This document shows positions 1 through 15,000 of a stretch of DNA of 64,000 bases, one piece after another. Position 1 is the stretch's first letter, and each line of letters opens with the position of its first letter. The DNA lies in the NCBI GenBank assembly GCA_965153285.1, contig OZ229110.1; one strand, given 5' to 3'. The translations under genes were made by a program, and so were the position numbers. The notes under the pieces were generated by a model that made no database searches, was not told the origin of the DNA, and saw nothing but the letters and a program-made list of their open reading frames with translations. Origin of the DNA: Podarcis tiliguerta (taxonomy: Eukaryota).

Positions 1-863
1 TAACATGATTTTTAAAGCATCAGAATCAGACGAAGGATCTCCCGAGTTCTTGTTACCATCAGGTAGATCATCATCATCCAAGTGAAGCAGGAGAGGAGTT
101 ATGGAATCACTGCTCTCTTGAACTATTGAAAGGTCCTTAAAGCTCCCACTCATGGCACCAAACGGAAAGGGAGAGCCTTCTGCAGTAGTTGATTGCCTGC
201 GACTTTCCATATCTCCTAGATTAAAGCCAGAGCTCAGAGAGTTGGGGAGTTCTGATATGTCTGAAGCATCGTCATTCAACTGCTGATTGAGAAATGCAAT
301 TTCATTCAGCAGGGAGGTGAGGGTTTCATCTGTGTCATCAGTCTCCTCTATGCCCATTAAGTCACTTGCATCCAGTGCTGGTTCATGTATTGCAGAGGCT
401 ACTTTTTGCAGCTCCATTTCTATCCCGGAGTCATTGGGTTCATTAATTTGCAGCTTTTGAAATGAAGACTCTTTTGATTTTTGTCCATCACTTCCCTTGT
501 TCATCTGTTTTAACCTTGCCTGATTTCCGGCTAACTCTTCAGGCTTTGTTGCAAGTGGTTCTGGGGATGCCTTCAAACTAGAGACATTTATTATTTGTGG
601 GAAATTCTCTTTTTGCTTAAGAGAATCATGTACTGCTCCAGTAGTGCCTCTCCCTTTTACAGAAGAAGGTTCTGCTTTTTCTGGTGACCCAAGATCAGCA
701 GTTTTATGTGACACTACCTGCAAGGAAGACTCAGGTGTCTGGGAATCAGTATCCAAGGTTACATCAGGATTCTTATTTGCATCCAGGTTTAAATTTGTAT
801 CTTCTTCAGTAGCCAGTGATGTCACATTTACTATTCTTGGCATCATGAATGAGTCTTCACTTT
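1..863 (-). CDS. MGA: MGA-A last coding exon (partial)
   Basis: Acceptor CTTACAG|AA at 863; encodes ESEDSFMMPRIVNVTSLATEE...EMELQKVASAI...TDETLTSLLNEIAFLNQQLND; open to the window edge. Confidence 0.93.
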
Positions 864-3800
864 CTGTAAGCCAGAACAAAGAAAGGCCTGTTAGAATACT
901 GGAGACAGGATCTGTCCTAAACGGCTTCTCCAAATGTAAACCACTTATCACCTCAACAGATCTCCTTCCTTGTTAGCCTCTGCCTGTTCAGGCCTTATAA
1001 ACATACCCTGAAGTTGGGGGGGGGGGAATTGCCCCAATCTGCATCACTTCACAGTTATTTACAATAAACTTCATTTGCCATTTTGTTGACTACCCATTTT
1101 GTTGGCTTTTGAAAAACAGGGGGGGGGGGTGTCAGCAGTACTTAGCTAATTGGGAACCACTGCTCTAGATTATTTATGAAGTTAAAAAACACCAAAGTAT
1201 TACTTGGGGGATCCCAAGATTTCCCTTCTCCATAAAAACTATCTATTTATTTCTACTCTATGCTGCCTGCTCTTTAAGCAGTTACTGATTCAGAAGAGAA
1301 CCATCCTCTTTCCATAACCCTGATAACCAATACTCTTGAAGAACTCCAACAGCTGGGAGAGGCAGGACTTTCTTTTGCAGAAGTGATAAAAAACATTCTC
1401 CTTCAGCAGGAATCAGGGTGGCAAGCCACATTTGGCCTGAGGGTCACTTTCACCTTTGGCCACCTGCTGCCCTTGAATGCAAAACTCATGTATGTGCACA
1501 GTGTACACATACAGTACACACAGTATGCCCTCTTCCTCAGCTGATCAATTCACACTGTCGCCTCAAAAGAGCGGTTTGCATCCATTTCAGGGTGGGGGGC
1601 TGGGTGTGTGTCTACTTTATTTCTCTTTTTTCTTTTTACAGTCCCAATCAGTGGACTGGCATGTGGACAGAAAGTGGAGCGGGGACAACGACAAATCAGG
1701 ACCCTGGACTGGGGTAAGGAAGTCCTGTAAAAAAAGGTATTTAATAATAATTTCCACCTTTTTAAGCTGAGCAGATGTTAAGCTAAATGGTCTGTCATTT
1801 CACAGATTCTTCACTGAACCCATTTAAAAAGCTGTGTCACATCAGCTACTTTCTAATTCTCTGGTGCAGAGGTCAAGTTTAGGGACAATCTTCTGCTGCC
1901 CTGTATCATTTCTGGGGCAATTCACACTATGGAAACCTTAGGACTACTGACAACAACTACTTATACATGCCTCATCCTCAGAGGTGCTGCATGCCAGTTG
2001 TTCACGAAGTAATCTTTATACGGCCAAATACACCCCCTACCCCAGCACTGTACATGTGAATATAATGAAGTTTTTGTTACTGCAGCCACATTTTAAAGCA
2101 GCACAGGCCACATTTGCATGGGAACACCTGTGAGACTTGAGACATACACTATGCTATGCACTTCTTTAGCTACAGTGATTGCAGATGTTGCAAGTTCTAA
2201 CACAAATCACTTGTGGGCAGTGCTGGAAAAGTCTGCATTATACATTTTTGGCAACAAAAGACTGCTGAGGTGAGACAGTAATATTTATTACATCCTGACA
2301 GGCTTATGTAGTTGTTCACATTTCTCTTGAGTAGCCAGTCATTTTTGTGATCATTCTATGCTTCTTTTAAAGGTTTTTTTAATGTTGCTGTACACTGCCC
2401 TGATCTTTTGCAAGAGGGTAGTATATAAATATTTTTATAAATCAATTAAATACAATAGGGAGAAAGAGGAAGCCGGTAAGTTATTGCAGTTAGAATTCAT
2501 TTTTCAGTGCCAGAAATTTAGTAAGAAACTAATGCAAGTTTACCTGAAGTGAGCTCTGGAGCTGTTACTGAAACTGGAGTGAGTGAGTTACTGGTTACAG
2601 CAGACAAGGTAATGGGAACTGTGGAGTTCGGAAGGATACCTTTCACTTCCACTGGTACTGCTGAGCCTGGCAACTGAATCATCACAGAAGCAATACCTTA
2701 TATTAAGCGAGAAACAGTGAGTTAACTTTCACACATACTAGCAAGGAAAAAAATATTAAGCAGAGTAGCTATTATGGTAAACACGTGGTTTCAGATGAAC
2801 ATTTTATTTCCTCTCATCTAGTAACAGGTACCATCCACAAGATTCCTTGTACTATTTGTATATCAATATCTCCTTGATATTCCTTCAGCAAAAATCAATT
2901 ACCTACTTCTCTAAGGCATAGATACAGAAATAAGTATTACATTTTTTAAATATCAAGATTGGAAGAGACAACCTAAGAGAAATATTTTTCACTTTTTATG
3001 AAGAATGCTTGCTTTTAAAAGTTCCAGACAGACATAGTCACGCATCCAGCTTTGATTTTTCAGTCATTTTGTGACCCTTACCTGGCTGTCCTGTCCCATT
3101 ACTGCTGTCAGCCTCTGATTTGAGTTCAGTTTGCAGGAGTGTGGAAGGGAAGGCAGCAACTTGTCCTGGCACCAAGGGACTCTTGAATGCAAGCACCTGG
3201 CCATTCGCCGTCATTACTAGGCTAGCATTTGTTAATGTCATGGGTATGTCCCCTACAAGGAAGTCAAAAGAAAGATGTGTGAAGATAAGGGTGTAAAAAG
3301 TGAAGCAGCGTTATATATATCAATATTTACTTCACCAATCAACCTCATGGCATTCAAAAATGTAACCCACTGTTACCAATACAAACAAATTTAACAACAC
3401 ACAGCAAGTTTTAAGCAGCAAATGTGAAAACAAACTAATTCTGCAGAAAATATTAAAATAAGATGGCAGTAACAAAGTACTGTCTTACACAGGCTGAACT
3501 ATATACTAGAGGTATGTGATAATTACATGTTTTCTATTGGTAAGTCTCCTTACTTTTGTTTTAATAAAAAAAAACTTGGACTACGCATAATATAGCAGGC
3601 TACGTGAGACTTGCAGATACAATGCTTCCAAGAATACCCTTTTGCTTAGATTCCCATTTGTGTGATATTCAACTAATCCATGTTCACTTAGCCTACCTGT
3701 GGCACAGCTTCCTTTCCTGGAAAGTATCAATGGTTTTGTATGCTTGCTGGACAAGGCTGCTGGTTTCATCTCTTTAAAGAGAGAAGAGGGGCTGTTTTCC

Positions 3801-6800
3801 ACGGAGGGCTTAGCAGTCTCCAGAGTTTCAACCACATCCATAGGTTCTGCTTGCTGCTGCTTCTTTTGTGCTTCTACCGCTTTCTGTTTTGCATAAATGT
3901 ATTCTAGCTTCTTCAAGACTACTTCCTGTGTCTTGCCTACAGAGGAAAGGAGTAGTCAGGTTCTCCCTCATATCTAGCATACTTCCCGAAACTTAAACAT
4001 GCAGCGTTTCATAGCACAAAACTTACACAACATTACTTGACATACCTAGACAACTTTACAGCTCTTGGGGTTTAATTTCCATGGCGTAAAAAACTTCAGC
4101 AACTTAGTACCTTTCATGTATTTGAAATAGTAGCTCTAGGAACAATCCCAGGATCCCCATATCCCAGAGGCTCTCTTCAGGTTTTACGGCTTTCTCTTTA
4201 ATGTCAACTCACCTGAAAGGGCAGATACTTTACGAATCAAGGTGTCCTGCTTGCGCATCAACAAGTTTTTCTGACCCAAGAGTTTGTCTGCTTGATCCGT
4301 TAGCCCCTGTATCTCTTCCAAGGCCTGAAAAAGGACCAAGGACCCACTTTTAGATTCCAGTAGAATATACCTAAAAGTAAATAAAGGCAGCTTCTCTGTC
4401 GTCCTACTTATGTGGAAGAGAGATTTGTGAAAAGTTAAACAAAAAAACTGCAAACTGTTTCTGCTACATTCTGAAGATAGATCTCCTGAGAGCGTTTTAG
4501 AGGAAAAAGCAGCACTCTACAAAGAAAGCAAGCCAAATACCAGGCAAAAACAGAGTGTGAATGATAAACTGCAGTTGTTTTGCTTTTGTTTTTACCAAAG
4601 GTGCTATGAAAAAGAATTGATGAGACACAAAATAGGCACTTAAGAGGTTTTCAATTGCTATTCACATGTCTTTTGAGTTTCCAGTATTTAATGCAGAGAT
4701 GAAATGCTCAGTTGATTAATCCATTTGATTAATCAATTAAAACCTTTTCATAAATTAAAAATGTGTCTCTACTTAATTGGGAAGATCTTTTGAAAAGTAA
4801 TAGTTAGCTTGACAAGCAATTCTTAAATATCCCTGTGAACTGCCCTCTTAGAAAAGGGACCACTCCCTTCTCTCATGCAGAGGATGGGGTGCCTTTTTTA
4901 ATATAGTTCCTTCCATGAGACATACAAGCATTAAAAATTCAAACAAAGCATTTTCTCTTTGGAATGACTGTTCTTGCTCAAAAATCCAATTTATGCTGAT
5001 TTATACCACTAACAAATTAATCAATCAATCAAAGATTCTTTAGTCAGGTGATTGCTGTGATAGTAAGTTGATGAGTAGTAACTGCAGAAATGTCCATCTC
5101 TTTTTCTGCCAACATGCAACTTTGTCCTGCTGCCTCCCTCCAAGCTATAAAATACCAACCTGTTTCAGGATGAAACATTTCGAAACCTTGGGGACCATCT
5201 GCAACCCTAAAGTAACCTTCAGTTTTTCAAAGAGTCTCCTCATTTCCTTACGACGGCGACGTTCATTTGCTGTGTGTGTTTCACGGTAATTCGAAAAGGT
5301 TTCTTCCTCATTCTTTGGCTTTTTGTTTGGCAATTCAGGTTGTGGCTAAAAAGCAAAAAGACAGCTCCTCTTGCGAACAGTTCAAAATATATAGACATGC
5401 AGCCCAAACAGTGACTCGTACATGTATAATTTTAAGTCCTGGTCCAGCATTTCAACAAAACTGAGCAGAACTTTTAAAAGGCGAAGCTTAAGGAGGTATC
5501 TGACTCTGGAGATGCTGCATGGGGCATGAATGAGCCATGAATGAACCAGAGCAAAACTATTGATTCTCAGTTGGATCAATGAGTGTTACCAAACCTAGGC
5601 ACAACTACATGTGCAAGGAATGCCCTCAGCGGTGGTGATCACAAGTAAAGTCCAAAGTATATAACAATGGAAGAGTATGAGCCAATGATTCACTAAAACT
5701 AACTATTAAAACTGGAACAGAAACACCAGCAGGCAGAAAAACCCAAAATAAAGGAAAAATCTCCAGGTGTTAGAAACAAAATACAGTGGACACTCGGGCT
5801 GCGAATGTGATCCGTGCGGGATGCACGTTCGCAACCCCCAGTGTTTGCAACCCGCGTCTGTGCAGGCGCAGGTTGCAATTTGTGCTTCTGTGCTTAAGTG
5901 ATTTAGCACTTCTGCGATGCCTAACCGCTGAAACCCGGAAGTAACTTCCGGGTTTCGGCGGGCCACAACCCGAAAAAACGCAACCTGAAGCGGCTGTAAC
6001 CTGAGGTATGACTGTGCATTTTTAAATATTGAATTTCTTGCACTTGGATTACACCCCCCCCCCCTTTCCCTCTCTTCTCTACTGACCCAGGGAACAGCCA
6101 TGAGTGCAATGGAGAAGCACATAGAAATGCAGACTCTTCTGCAATAGCCAGCCCTTGGAACCTTCATTTTCTCGTTCTGCGTATCTCATAGCCAAGCTGG
6201 CCACCTATAGCTTGAGAGCAGAACCAGGTGCTGTTAACAATGGCATCCCCATACAAAGCTCTCCTGTTTTCCCCTGCTTTTCGACATTCATACTCCATCT
6301 CACTGGAGGAGAAACACCGGTAAGTCTTACTAAATATTATGGAGGTGGAGCGGGGCATGATACAAGATTTGCATATTAGGTACTAAACAGCGGCACATCT
6401 TGCTCCACCCTTAGAGACACTAAAAAATAAACTGGTGCATCTTTGGCAACATGTATTACAGAGAAGAAGAAAAACAAGTAAACAGACATGTATCTACCTT
6501 GGGAGTCTTCTGACTAGAATGGTCATGCACAGAGTTCCTGCAAGACAAAAATGGATGTCATTTTGGTTGTGCGGGTTTCCAGTCTGGTTTAACTTAAGAT
6601 ACATGGATGCCCCTGTCCCTCAGAGGAGCAATTCTTTGTCACAAAGGACTGACTGCTTGTCCTGGGTCCCTACGAAGGATCATCTTTCCCCCCCTTCAGA
6701 ATGGCACCCAAAACCCTCATTCTCCATGGCAGTGTGGTGCAGCTATAATGTCTCTGAAGGTCTCCAGGTCAACTACCTTGGCCTCAAGGAAACAATCTTG

Positions 6801-9800
6801 TTCCCTGTGGCAGTGGGGTGCTGCATGGGGCCCCAAGCCTCTTCCTACAAAGAGGTCTCATTAGCGCCTAGGTCAAGTGGGATCATTACATTTTTAATGA
6901 TCTAGAACTACATAATTGATGGTAAAAATATTACAATTATTATTATTTTAACTGCTTACAATTGTTTGGATAGTATGACATGGGCAGCTGTAGCTTTCAG
7001 CCGAGCAATGTTCATTTGCTCTGTAAGTTCCTCCACAGTCTCAATGTCCACATTCTCCTCTGATCTGTTAGATTCACTTTCACTCTGGAACAAGATTTAA
7101 AAGACAATGATCAACTTACAGACAATTCACAGCAAGACATGCTAGTTCTTTTTAAAAAATAAGTACGTAAGAAAAAACTATTTCTTTAAGAAGTGATGAT
7201 ATAATTCACAGCAATTTTTCTATGCAACAACTGCATTGGTAAAATTAAGTATTTTTAACACTAAAGCAGATATAACATTGATATAAAAACAAGACTTGAA
7301 TCACTGAGGAAGTATAGAAGAATTCATAAACGTAAAAATATAAGCAAACAATAATAAGTTTAATCTAAAACTTTGTATTGTAACAACTGAAAACATGATA
7401 GTTTGTCCTTGCAGTGTTAGGCACAATCTTTTGTTACTATTCTCACGTAACTGTGGAATGCATTTACATTCTGTAGATATAACAGAAATGTTCCATATTG
7501 TAAAAGGAACAGGCAGAGAAAAGAAAACAACTTCATTTTAAATCACAAGTTTTTTAAAAAATAAACCTGTTAATAAAAATTAAAAATACAAATCATACAA
7601 ATCATAAGAAAATAAACAAGTTATCCTGAAGCAAAGAAAAGTTAGCAATGGGGGAAGAAGCATGCTGAATCTTGATACCAATTAAAAACCCACATATGTT
7701 CAAGGTGTAATAGAAAAATGGTGGGCGGGAAAATGGATTTAAGTAGGTAGGTTTTTTTACAGGTACTATGTAACTTACATAGTTACACATTTTAAATACA
7801 TTTTGTTTCATCATGTGCATGGAATCTCAGTACTGTATATCTTATGATCTACATCCTAGATATTACCTTGAGAAGCCAGAGGTCTCATTCATTCATCAAA
7901 TGATGAATGACCTACTCTTGCAGGTTAGTTCTTTTAAATTGTCAATTTGCCCGGACTTGAAACTTAAGATTAGAACCAATGTCAGTACCCAACTAACTTG
8001 TTCCACAAGCACAAGGCTTTCTGACTGTGCAACATAATTTCCCCCTTCACTCACACATGCCCTGTGCCCTCTCTAAATCCATTCTGAAGGACTAAGTGAA
8101 AACCCAGAACATTATTTATTTTGTGGGGGGGGGGGGAGTTTCTTAGCGCTAGAGGATATCAAGATCAGCAACATACTAAAAGGTAAATACCGGTAATAAT
8201 AATATTTTTAGAATAGCTCTTCTATTGAAACTACTCACTTTGGAAAACAACCCATTATTTTTTGTATAATTGGTCAAGAATACAGTTCTGCACTATTTAA
8301 ATAGTTTCCTCCTTTATAAGGCAGTGATTTATAACCCTAAGTCCACCCCTGCCTTGTAGTTCTTCATTGTTCTTCCTTCCTACTACCTGCTCTGTCCTCA
8401 TCACAGTTCTTAATGTCTTACCTTTTACTTCTTTTTACCTACTTAATGTCTGTGGCTTTCAAACTTTTACTTACCTTAAAACCAATAAATACATCTGATC
8501 ACAAACTACTAATCAGGAATAGTACAAAATCATAGGACGCAGGCACAAAATTTTACGACTTGTGCTTCCAATTTAAAGATGTACTCACCAGTGTTTCTAC
8601 ATTCACTACATCTTCACTTTGATAGCCAGATGCTTCGTCGGCCATCTCATCTGCAGAATCATCTGTTTTTTCATCTTTTTCTGTATTATCCACGGTAATA
8701 TTAATAATGCCAGGCAGCGAATCCTTTCTGTGATAGCTGGTTTTCAGTATATTCTGTTGTTTCTCACATTTAGGAAATTTCTTTACAAACTCATCAGCAC
8801 CATTCTTATTTTTGTTTTCCAAAGCATCTGAAGGCCTCAATGTTTTGCTCCAACTTTTGCTAATTTGAACAAGGCCATCTTTAACAGTCAAGTTATCTTT
8901 CTGAACACCAGTATCTCTTTTATATGAAAATTCTAGTGCATTATTTACATATTTGCTTCCCAATGTGGTATTTTGGCCATTTGCACTAGTAACCTTATGC
9001 TTCCTTCTGACCTCGCCTTGATCCCTCTGTGCTGCCACAGAATGACCCTTTTCCTTCATGTTTTGCCCTAGTAGTTCCTGGTCTTCATTTCCCCGTGGAC
9101 TCAGATATGATTTAATTTTTCTCTCCAGTTTTTCTGCACAATTCGTTTGTACCTTGCACTCATCCCAAGGCTTCTGAGATGGTTCAATAATCATTTCCTC
9201 ATCTGTTTCTAACTGTTTCTGTTCAACTCCTTCTGAATCAGTTGCTGTGCTTTGTGTTTGCTCAGAGTGCGCTTCTTCCTCATTTGAGTTCTTTAGTTCT
9301 GCTACTTTCTGCTTGTTTAATGCATCATGTGCAAGGACTGCAGTTTGACTGCAACTCTCAGTAACGCTCTCAGAACTACATGAAACTTCATTTGGGGTGT
9401 CTTCAGGATTTTTAACATTAGCCATCATTTTATTTCCCCCAGGCTTTATTTCCTGGCTGATGTAGGAGCGGCCCAATGATGCAATCTCAGACTCAAGAAT
9501 AGGATCATCACTTGATAATTCTTTCAAGATTTCTGCATCCTTCTCGGCTTTCTCTGAGGTTATAGCATTCCTGTCACATGTGAGCTTTTCACAAGACGGC
9601 TCTAAATGGTTTTCTGGCAACTTATTTTCTTCCTGTCTGGAATCTGACATTGTGACTTCTGACCCCATAGCCTCCACCTCTTGTAAGCATCTTGTCTTTC
9701 CTTCTGGCTTAAGTGAACTCAATTCATCGTTTTGAGATGTACTATTTACCTCAACTTGTTTCAAAATGGAATTTGGAACTTTCTTCTGCCCTGGAACCTG

Positions 9801-11963
9801 AAGCAAGGCAAAACTGCCTGACTGAAGAGCTATTAGATGATCTGCACTATCTGGTGTGCTGCTGGTGTCGCATGTTATTTTAGAATCTGAAGTTGTCTGA
9901 CTAACTCCCAAAGGAGAAATCCTCATAGTCAAAGTGCCAGCCTGTAAGACAGGAGAAATGACTGGTTCTGTCTGAGCAGCTGAAATAGGAAGTGTGGGCC
10001 CAGATCCAATGGCCTGCGACGTCTGGTCTGTAGGTGGGGCCATGGTTGAAGCAGAAGGAGCTTCAGCAGCACAGGACACGGCTGAAGCAGGAGACATGGA
10101 TAACCCTGAAGGAGCTTCAGTGGCAGAGGATATGGGTGAATCAGTAGGGAGCACAGGTAAAATTAATGGGGTCTCAGTGGTAGGGGTTCTGGGTAATACA
10201 GAAGCTTCTGTGGTACCAAGGGGCATGGTCAAAGCAGGAGGGTCCTCAGCAGCAGTGGGCACAGGCAAAACGGAAGGAGTTTCAGCAGCAGGGGGAATAG
10301 GCATAATAGAAGGGGCAACAGACGACCCCAAAGGAACCCCAGCAGTAGGGGGCACAGATAACATCAAAGGGGCAGGGATGGTTTGGATTCCAGATAATAT
10401 AGAAGCAGCTGCAGTGGTTGCCGTATCAGGCAAAACAGACATGGCCTTTGTTGTTGTTGGAGAAACAGACAATACAGGAGGAGTTGCAGACAGAACCGAA
10501 GCAGCCAGGGTGGTTGGGATCACTGATGAAACCACAGAGGACTGACACACAGATACCTCAGGAAGCTTAGAAGGGCTTGGCAACCGGATTTCTACAACAG
10601 ATCCTGTAACGAATTGAGAAATGCTATTAGTAATTCTTGGCACCTAATAACTCATTTTTGTTTGCTGAAAGCAAACTGTGCATAGTTTTGAAAGGGGGAA
10701 AAACATTTGTTTCATTTTTGGCTCACTGCTCATGGTTTCTCTCAAAACAAACCATGAGCCTGGGTTCAAACATATGACAATGCTCTTTGGGGAGGAAGGG
10801 TGGGATATAAATTTAATAAGTAATAAACTCTGACTTGTTTCCTGGCAGCGCAGCAGCCAGAAATGCATTAGCTATGAGCACCTGCATGTCTTCGATTGGG
10901 TTATACCAAAGTTTAGTTTCAACTATGGTTCAACATTATGTACAAACCAGGCTACAGAAGTCATTGGAAGACTTCCTCTTGCCCCCTGTGGACTTGGATG
11001 CAACTAGCTACCTTGGTGGTGGGTGATGGCCCTATTATTAGAATACTCTTCTGAGGGAGGCTTGCGTGACACCTACTCTGATGCCTTCAACCCTAGTACT
11101 TAATTTTCCTAAGACTTTTATTTTATGCTGCTCTGATTTTACAACTATTTCCGCTGCGATGCATATTTATATCATATTTGAGATCTGGCCTGGAAGCATT
11201 TTATATTAAAAGGCAGCATATGAATTACAATAAATTTTTAAAATTAACTTTAGGCACTGAACAAAAATAGATGCACAATTATAGGAAACTATGCTTCCCC
11301 TCCCCCAGTATTTAACTGCTCTCTCTCAGAAAACAGAATAAATAAGATTTGCAGCATTCTGTACCTGGATTACGTAACATTACGGGTGATAAACTAGGCT
11401 GGGGTCCTGCAGGTTGGAACTGGTGCAGCGGAACAAGCTGGATAATCTGCCCATTGGGGTGTCGGTAGAGATTCACACCAGCAGGATTCCTTAGAGGCTG
11501 CAAAATCATTCTCTTCCCCTGAGCAACTTGCGTGTTTTGCTGAGGTCGCAATGTAGGAGAACTCTGAGGTACTGGAATCAAAAGCAGCTGTGGTCCCATG
11601 CGTTTCTCTGCTCCGGGAGACAATCCTGGAGGGCTTGTAGTACCTGACATATTAGGAAATAACACTCTTCTTAACAAAGTCCCATTTATACAGCAAGATT
11701 TGCAGAGCATTTTTAAAAAACAACAATGAAGAAATATCTATGTGACCAAAGTTCCATCAGTTCCTACATTCTGCTTCCAGCAGGTATCAGACATATCATT
11801 ATGGGGAACTTGCAAGAATAATATGAAAGCAACAGCTTCTGCTGTTTGTTCTAGCAACTAGTATTTAATTCCCCAACTGGAAGCCACTTCCCAAGAGCAA
11901 AAGTGGGCTTGAAAGAATACAAACCCATTTCAAACAGTTCTTACCAATTTCCCCCAGGAGATT

Positions 11964-12010
<47 letters not shown>

Positions 12011-15000
12011 GTTCATGCCAATACACTAAAGTCCTTTTTCTTCTAAACCAGATATTCTCATACTTTCTACCCACAAGGAAGTCTTTTTGCATCAACTTTG
12101 CTGTGCATAAGTTATTTGGCGGACAAGTACTGAACCACTGCACACAGCAAAGGAGAGATATGAAGGTTCTGGAGGAGGAGGGGAACAAAAACAAGGAAAA
12201 GTTTGGAAAAGAAACTGCCATCATCTCCGCCCCCCCCCCGAGGTCCTTTTATTATTATTTTTTGCAGCTGAAAAATTTGAAATTTTGATCAACACTGAGA
12301 AAACTAATGCAAAGTATTTTCTCATTTGAAATGAGTGAAATGCATTTTAAGGCAAGGCTTTATTTACTGAAAAAGTCTGCCAAGCACTTCTGTCTCTCAT
12401 AACAGACAGACTAAGTGACAGGTGTGTGGACCAGCAAGAACTAGCCCATCAGTAAGGGTACCCTACCTGCTTTTTGATTCGATAAAGGACTTTTGTTAAT
12501 TCCTGAGAGTCCAGGAGCAATAGAGCTAACTGGTGAAGTTGGTGTGGGCACCGAGGTCACAGATGCAGTTGTGGTTAAGATTGTAGATAGAGATGCTGCA
12601 GAAACAGGAATACCAACGGTTGATGGGCCTATTCCAGGCAAAGCTACAGTCGCAACTGGCGTAGCAATTCCAGGTGATTTTGCTATTTTAACAGGAGCCC
12701 TAGCAGCTGTGGCTGACACAGTCCTGTTTTCAGGTTTTCCAACAGCATTTGCTTTGGCGGTGCCAGAAGAACAGGGAGCTTTGTTACAGGGTGCAGGGCT
12801 AGCAGTAGTTCCAGCAAGTGATGACACAGTAATAGCAGGAGGAGTAACTGTAGTTGCCCCAGGGGAGAGTGGCATAGATTTGATATTAAATTTCTGTGGT
12901 CCCGTCAGAGGTTGGCTTATTCTAGTTCCAGGGACCTTCTGGTGTAGTGCCCCAACGGCACTTATAACCAACTGAGACGCCACATTGTGTAGTAAAGGCC
13001 GAGCAGCTGAAAAGAAAGGTTTTCAAAGTCAAAACTATTAGCAGTTTTCATCTTTCCATTCCGCAAACTATAACAGCACTCAACATAGTTTTATGCTAAG
13101 GCCTCACTTTTCCAATTAACGCTTACTGGTTACACTGCCTCATTTTCAACATATTGCACCTAATGATGTGTATAATGTTGCTGCATGTGGCAAAAAAAAA
13201 AAAGTCTCAAAGCAGCTTGATGAAGATTATTACAGTATATAAATAAATATGAAAACTATACTCTCACATTCCATGCTTTTTATGCTTTACAATTCAGACA
13301 ATTTATAATACAGAAAATAAGGTTTCAAGTTACCTATCTGCTTCTGTGTTGAGGCTTGAGCATTTGGTGATGTTACAGTGGAAGTGGATGTAGTGTTACT
13401 GGGAAATGGTGTTTTGGAAATTTCTGTTGTGGGCACTTCAGCTGACTGTGGCTCAGAAGAAGCAAGCTTAGCATCGGACTCTGCCTTGGAGATTGCAGTA
13501 CTGAGTGTTGATAGGTCAAGCATTGTTGGTCGCAGCCTGCCTGTGATATAAGCAGCAAGTCGATTGGCTGGATGCAATGCTCCCATCTGTCCTAGAAGCA
13601 GTTTGGCTTGAGGGTATTTTTTACCATTAACCTGCAATAAAAAGAGAAATATGCAAACACTTGCTAACCCTGTCTTTTTTTCTTTTCTTTTTAACAATGC
13701 CTGGGATCCAAAGCACTAATTAGGCTCACACAAGGAGCTCTAGCCCAGTTCAGTTCCTTATTCCTCCACCCTCATTTAGATAGTTGACTGCCAATGCCAC
13801 AATATGTTTGAAATTTCATTCTGTCTTAAAAGGTCACCCAGTAAGTTTAATGGCTGATGAAGATTTAAACTTGGGTTTTCCCAGTCCTGGTCCAACACTC
13901 AGTCTAGCCATTACACAGACTCAGAATACAAATTCTATTTACATGTACAAGCAAAGACAACCTGCTTTTACGCAAGTTTGCAATCTGTTCAACAGAGCTT
14001 ACTCCCAATAAAGTAGGAACAGGATTGTAGCCTTGGTCTCCAAAACCCTGAAGTGCTAGATTTCCAGAGAGAGTGGGCTAAAAGGTTCCCAGCTGACCAC
14101 TCCTCTATCCAGCAGATCAGGAGGATCCAGTGTAATTTGACTTATCACATACCACAGGTTATTTAATTTATACTGAGGGGGACTACTGTCCAATGCCAAT
14201 GAATGTTATCTAACCAAGTCATACTCAGATTACATCCACTAAAATCAATGGGCTTACATAATTTAAGTCCATTGATCTGAATGGGTTTACTCTGCCTATG
14301 ACTAACAGTGGATCACCTGGTATCACTGGAGATAATAATTGGTTTAATTCAGACAGTGGTCTGGTTTGCACATAATGCTAAGCCAAACCATGGCTAAGTG
14401 AGAAAGCACTGAGCATATGGGTACTCACAGGAAACATTGTGGTTGCTTTCATCCACCTCTGGTACTGCTATTCAGAGCTATGTCACGGTTTAAATTAGCA
14501 TTATGTCTGAACCTGGGCTCATAGGTTGCCTCCCAGAGATAAACTATGAGCAGTAAGGCAAAGAAGAAACTATGTCTACAGCTTGTAGTTTATCTGGAAC
14601 TAAATGAACCTCAAGCCTCAGTTCAGACTTAATGCCAAGTCAAGCGATGGCTTAGCTCTGGGTACCGGGGCAGCAGCAGGCTTCACGAGGAGCAACACTG
14701 GGCTGCCAGAGACTGGGGCAGGAAAGAATTTGTCAGAGGATCCTGTGCAATTCCATGGCATATCTCAGTTTCACCCTCTCCAACATCCCACAATCGGAAC
14801 TGAAATATTTTCAAACCTGTGCTTATCTCAAACATGGACCCAACCTTCTACTGCACACTGGGGATATGCCAGAATGACAGGATACTCTGGACAGCTGGCC
14901 TTGGGGTTCTGTTGCTGCCTTCTGGCCAGGGAGTCAGGGCATTGGGGCTTAGAGCCTCCTCTTTCTCCTCTAGTTATAAGATTGGGAGACTGCCCTCCTG

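Noticed and set aside
9994-10545. 183-aa plus-strand ORF, and similar antisense ORFs at 12493, 42151, 45158 and 50215
   Set aside because: Antisense shadows of MGA coding exons; no independent evidence.
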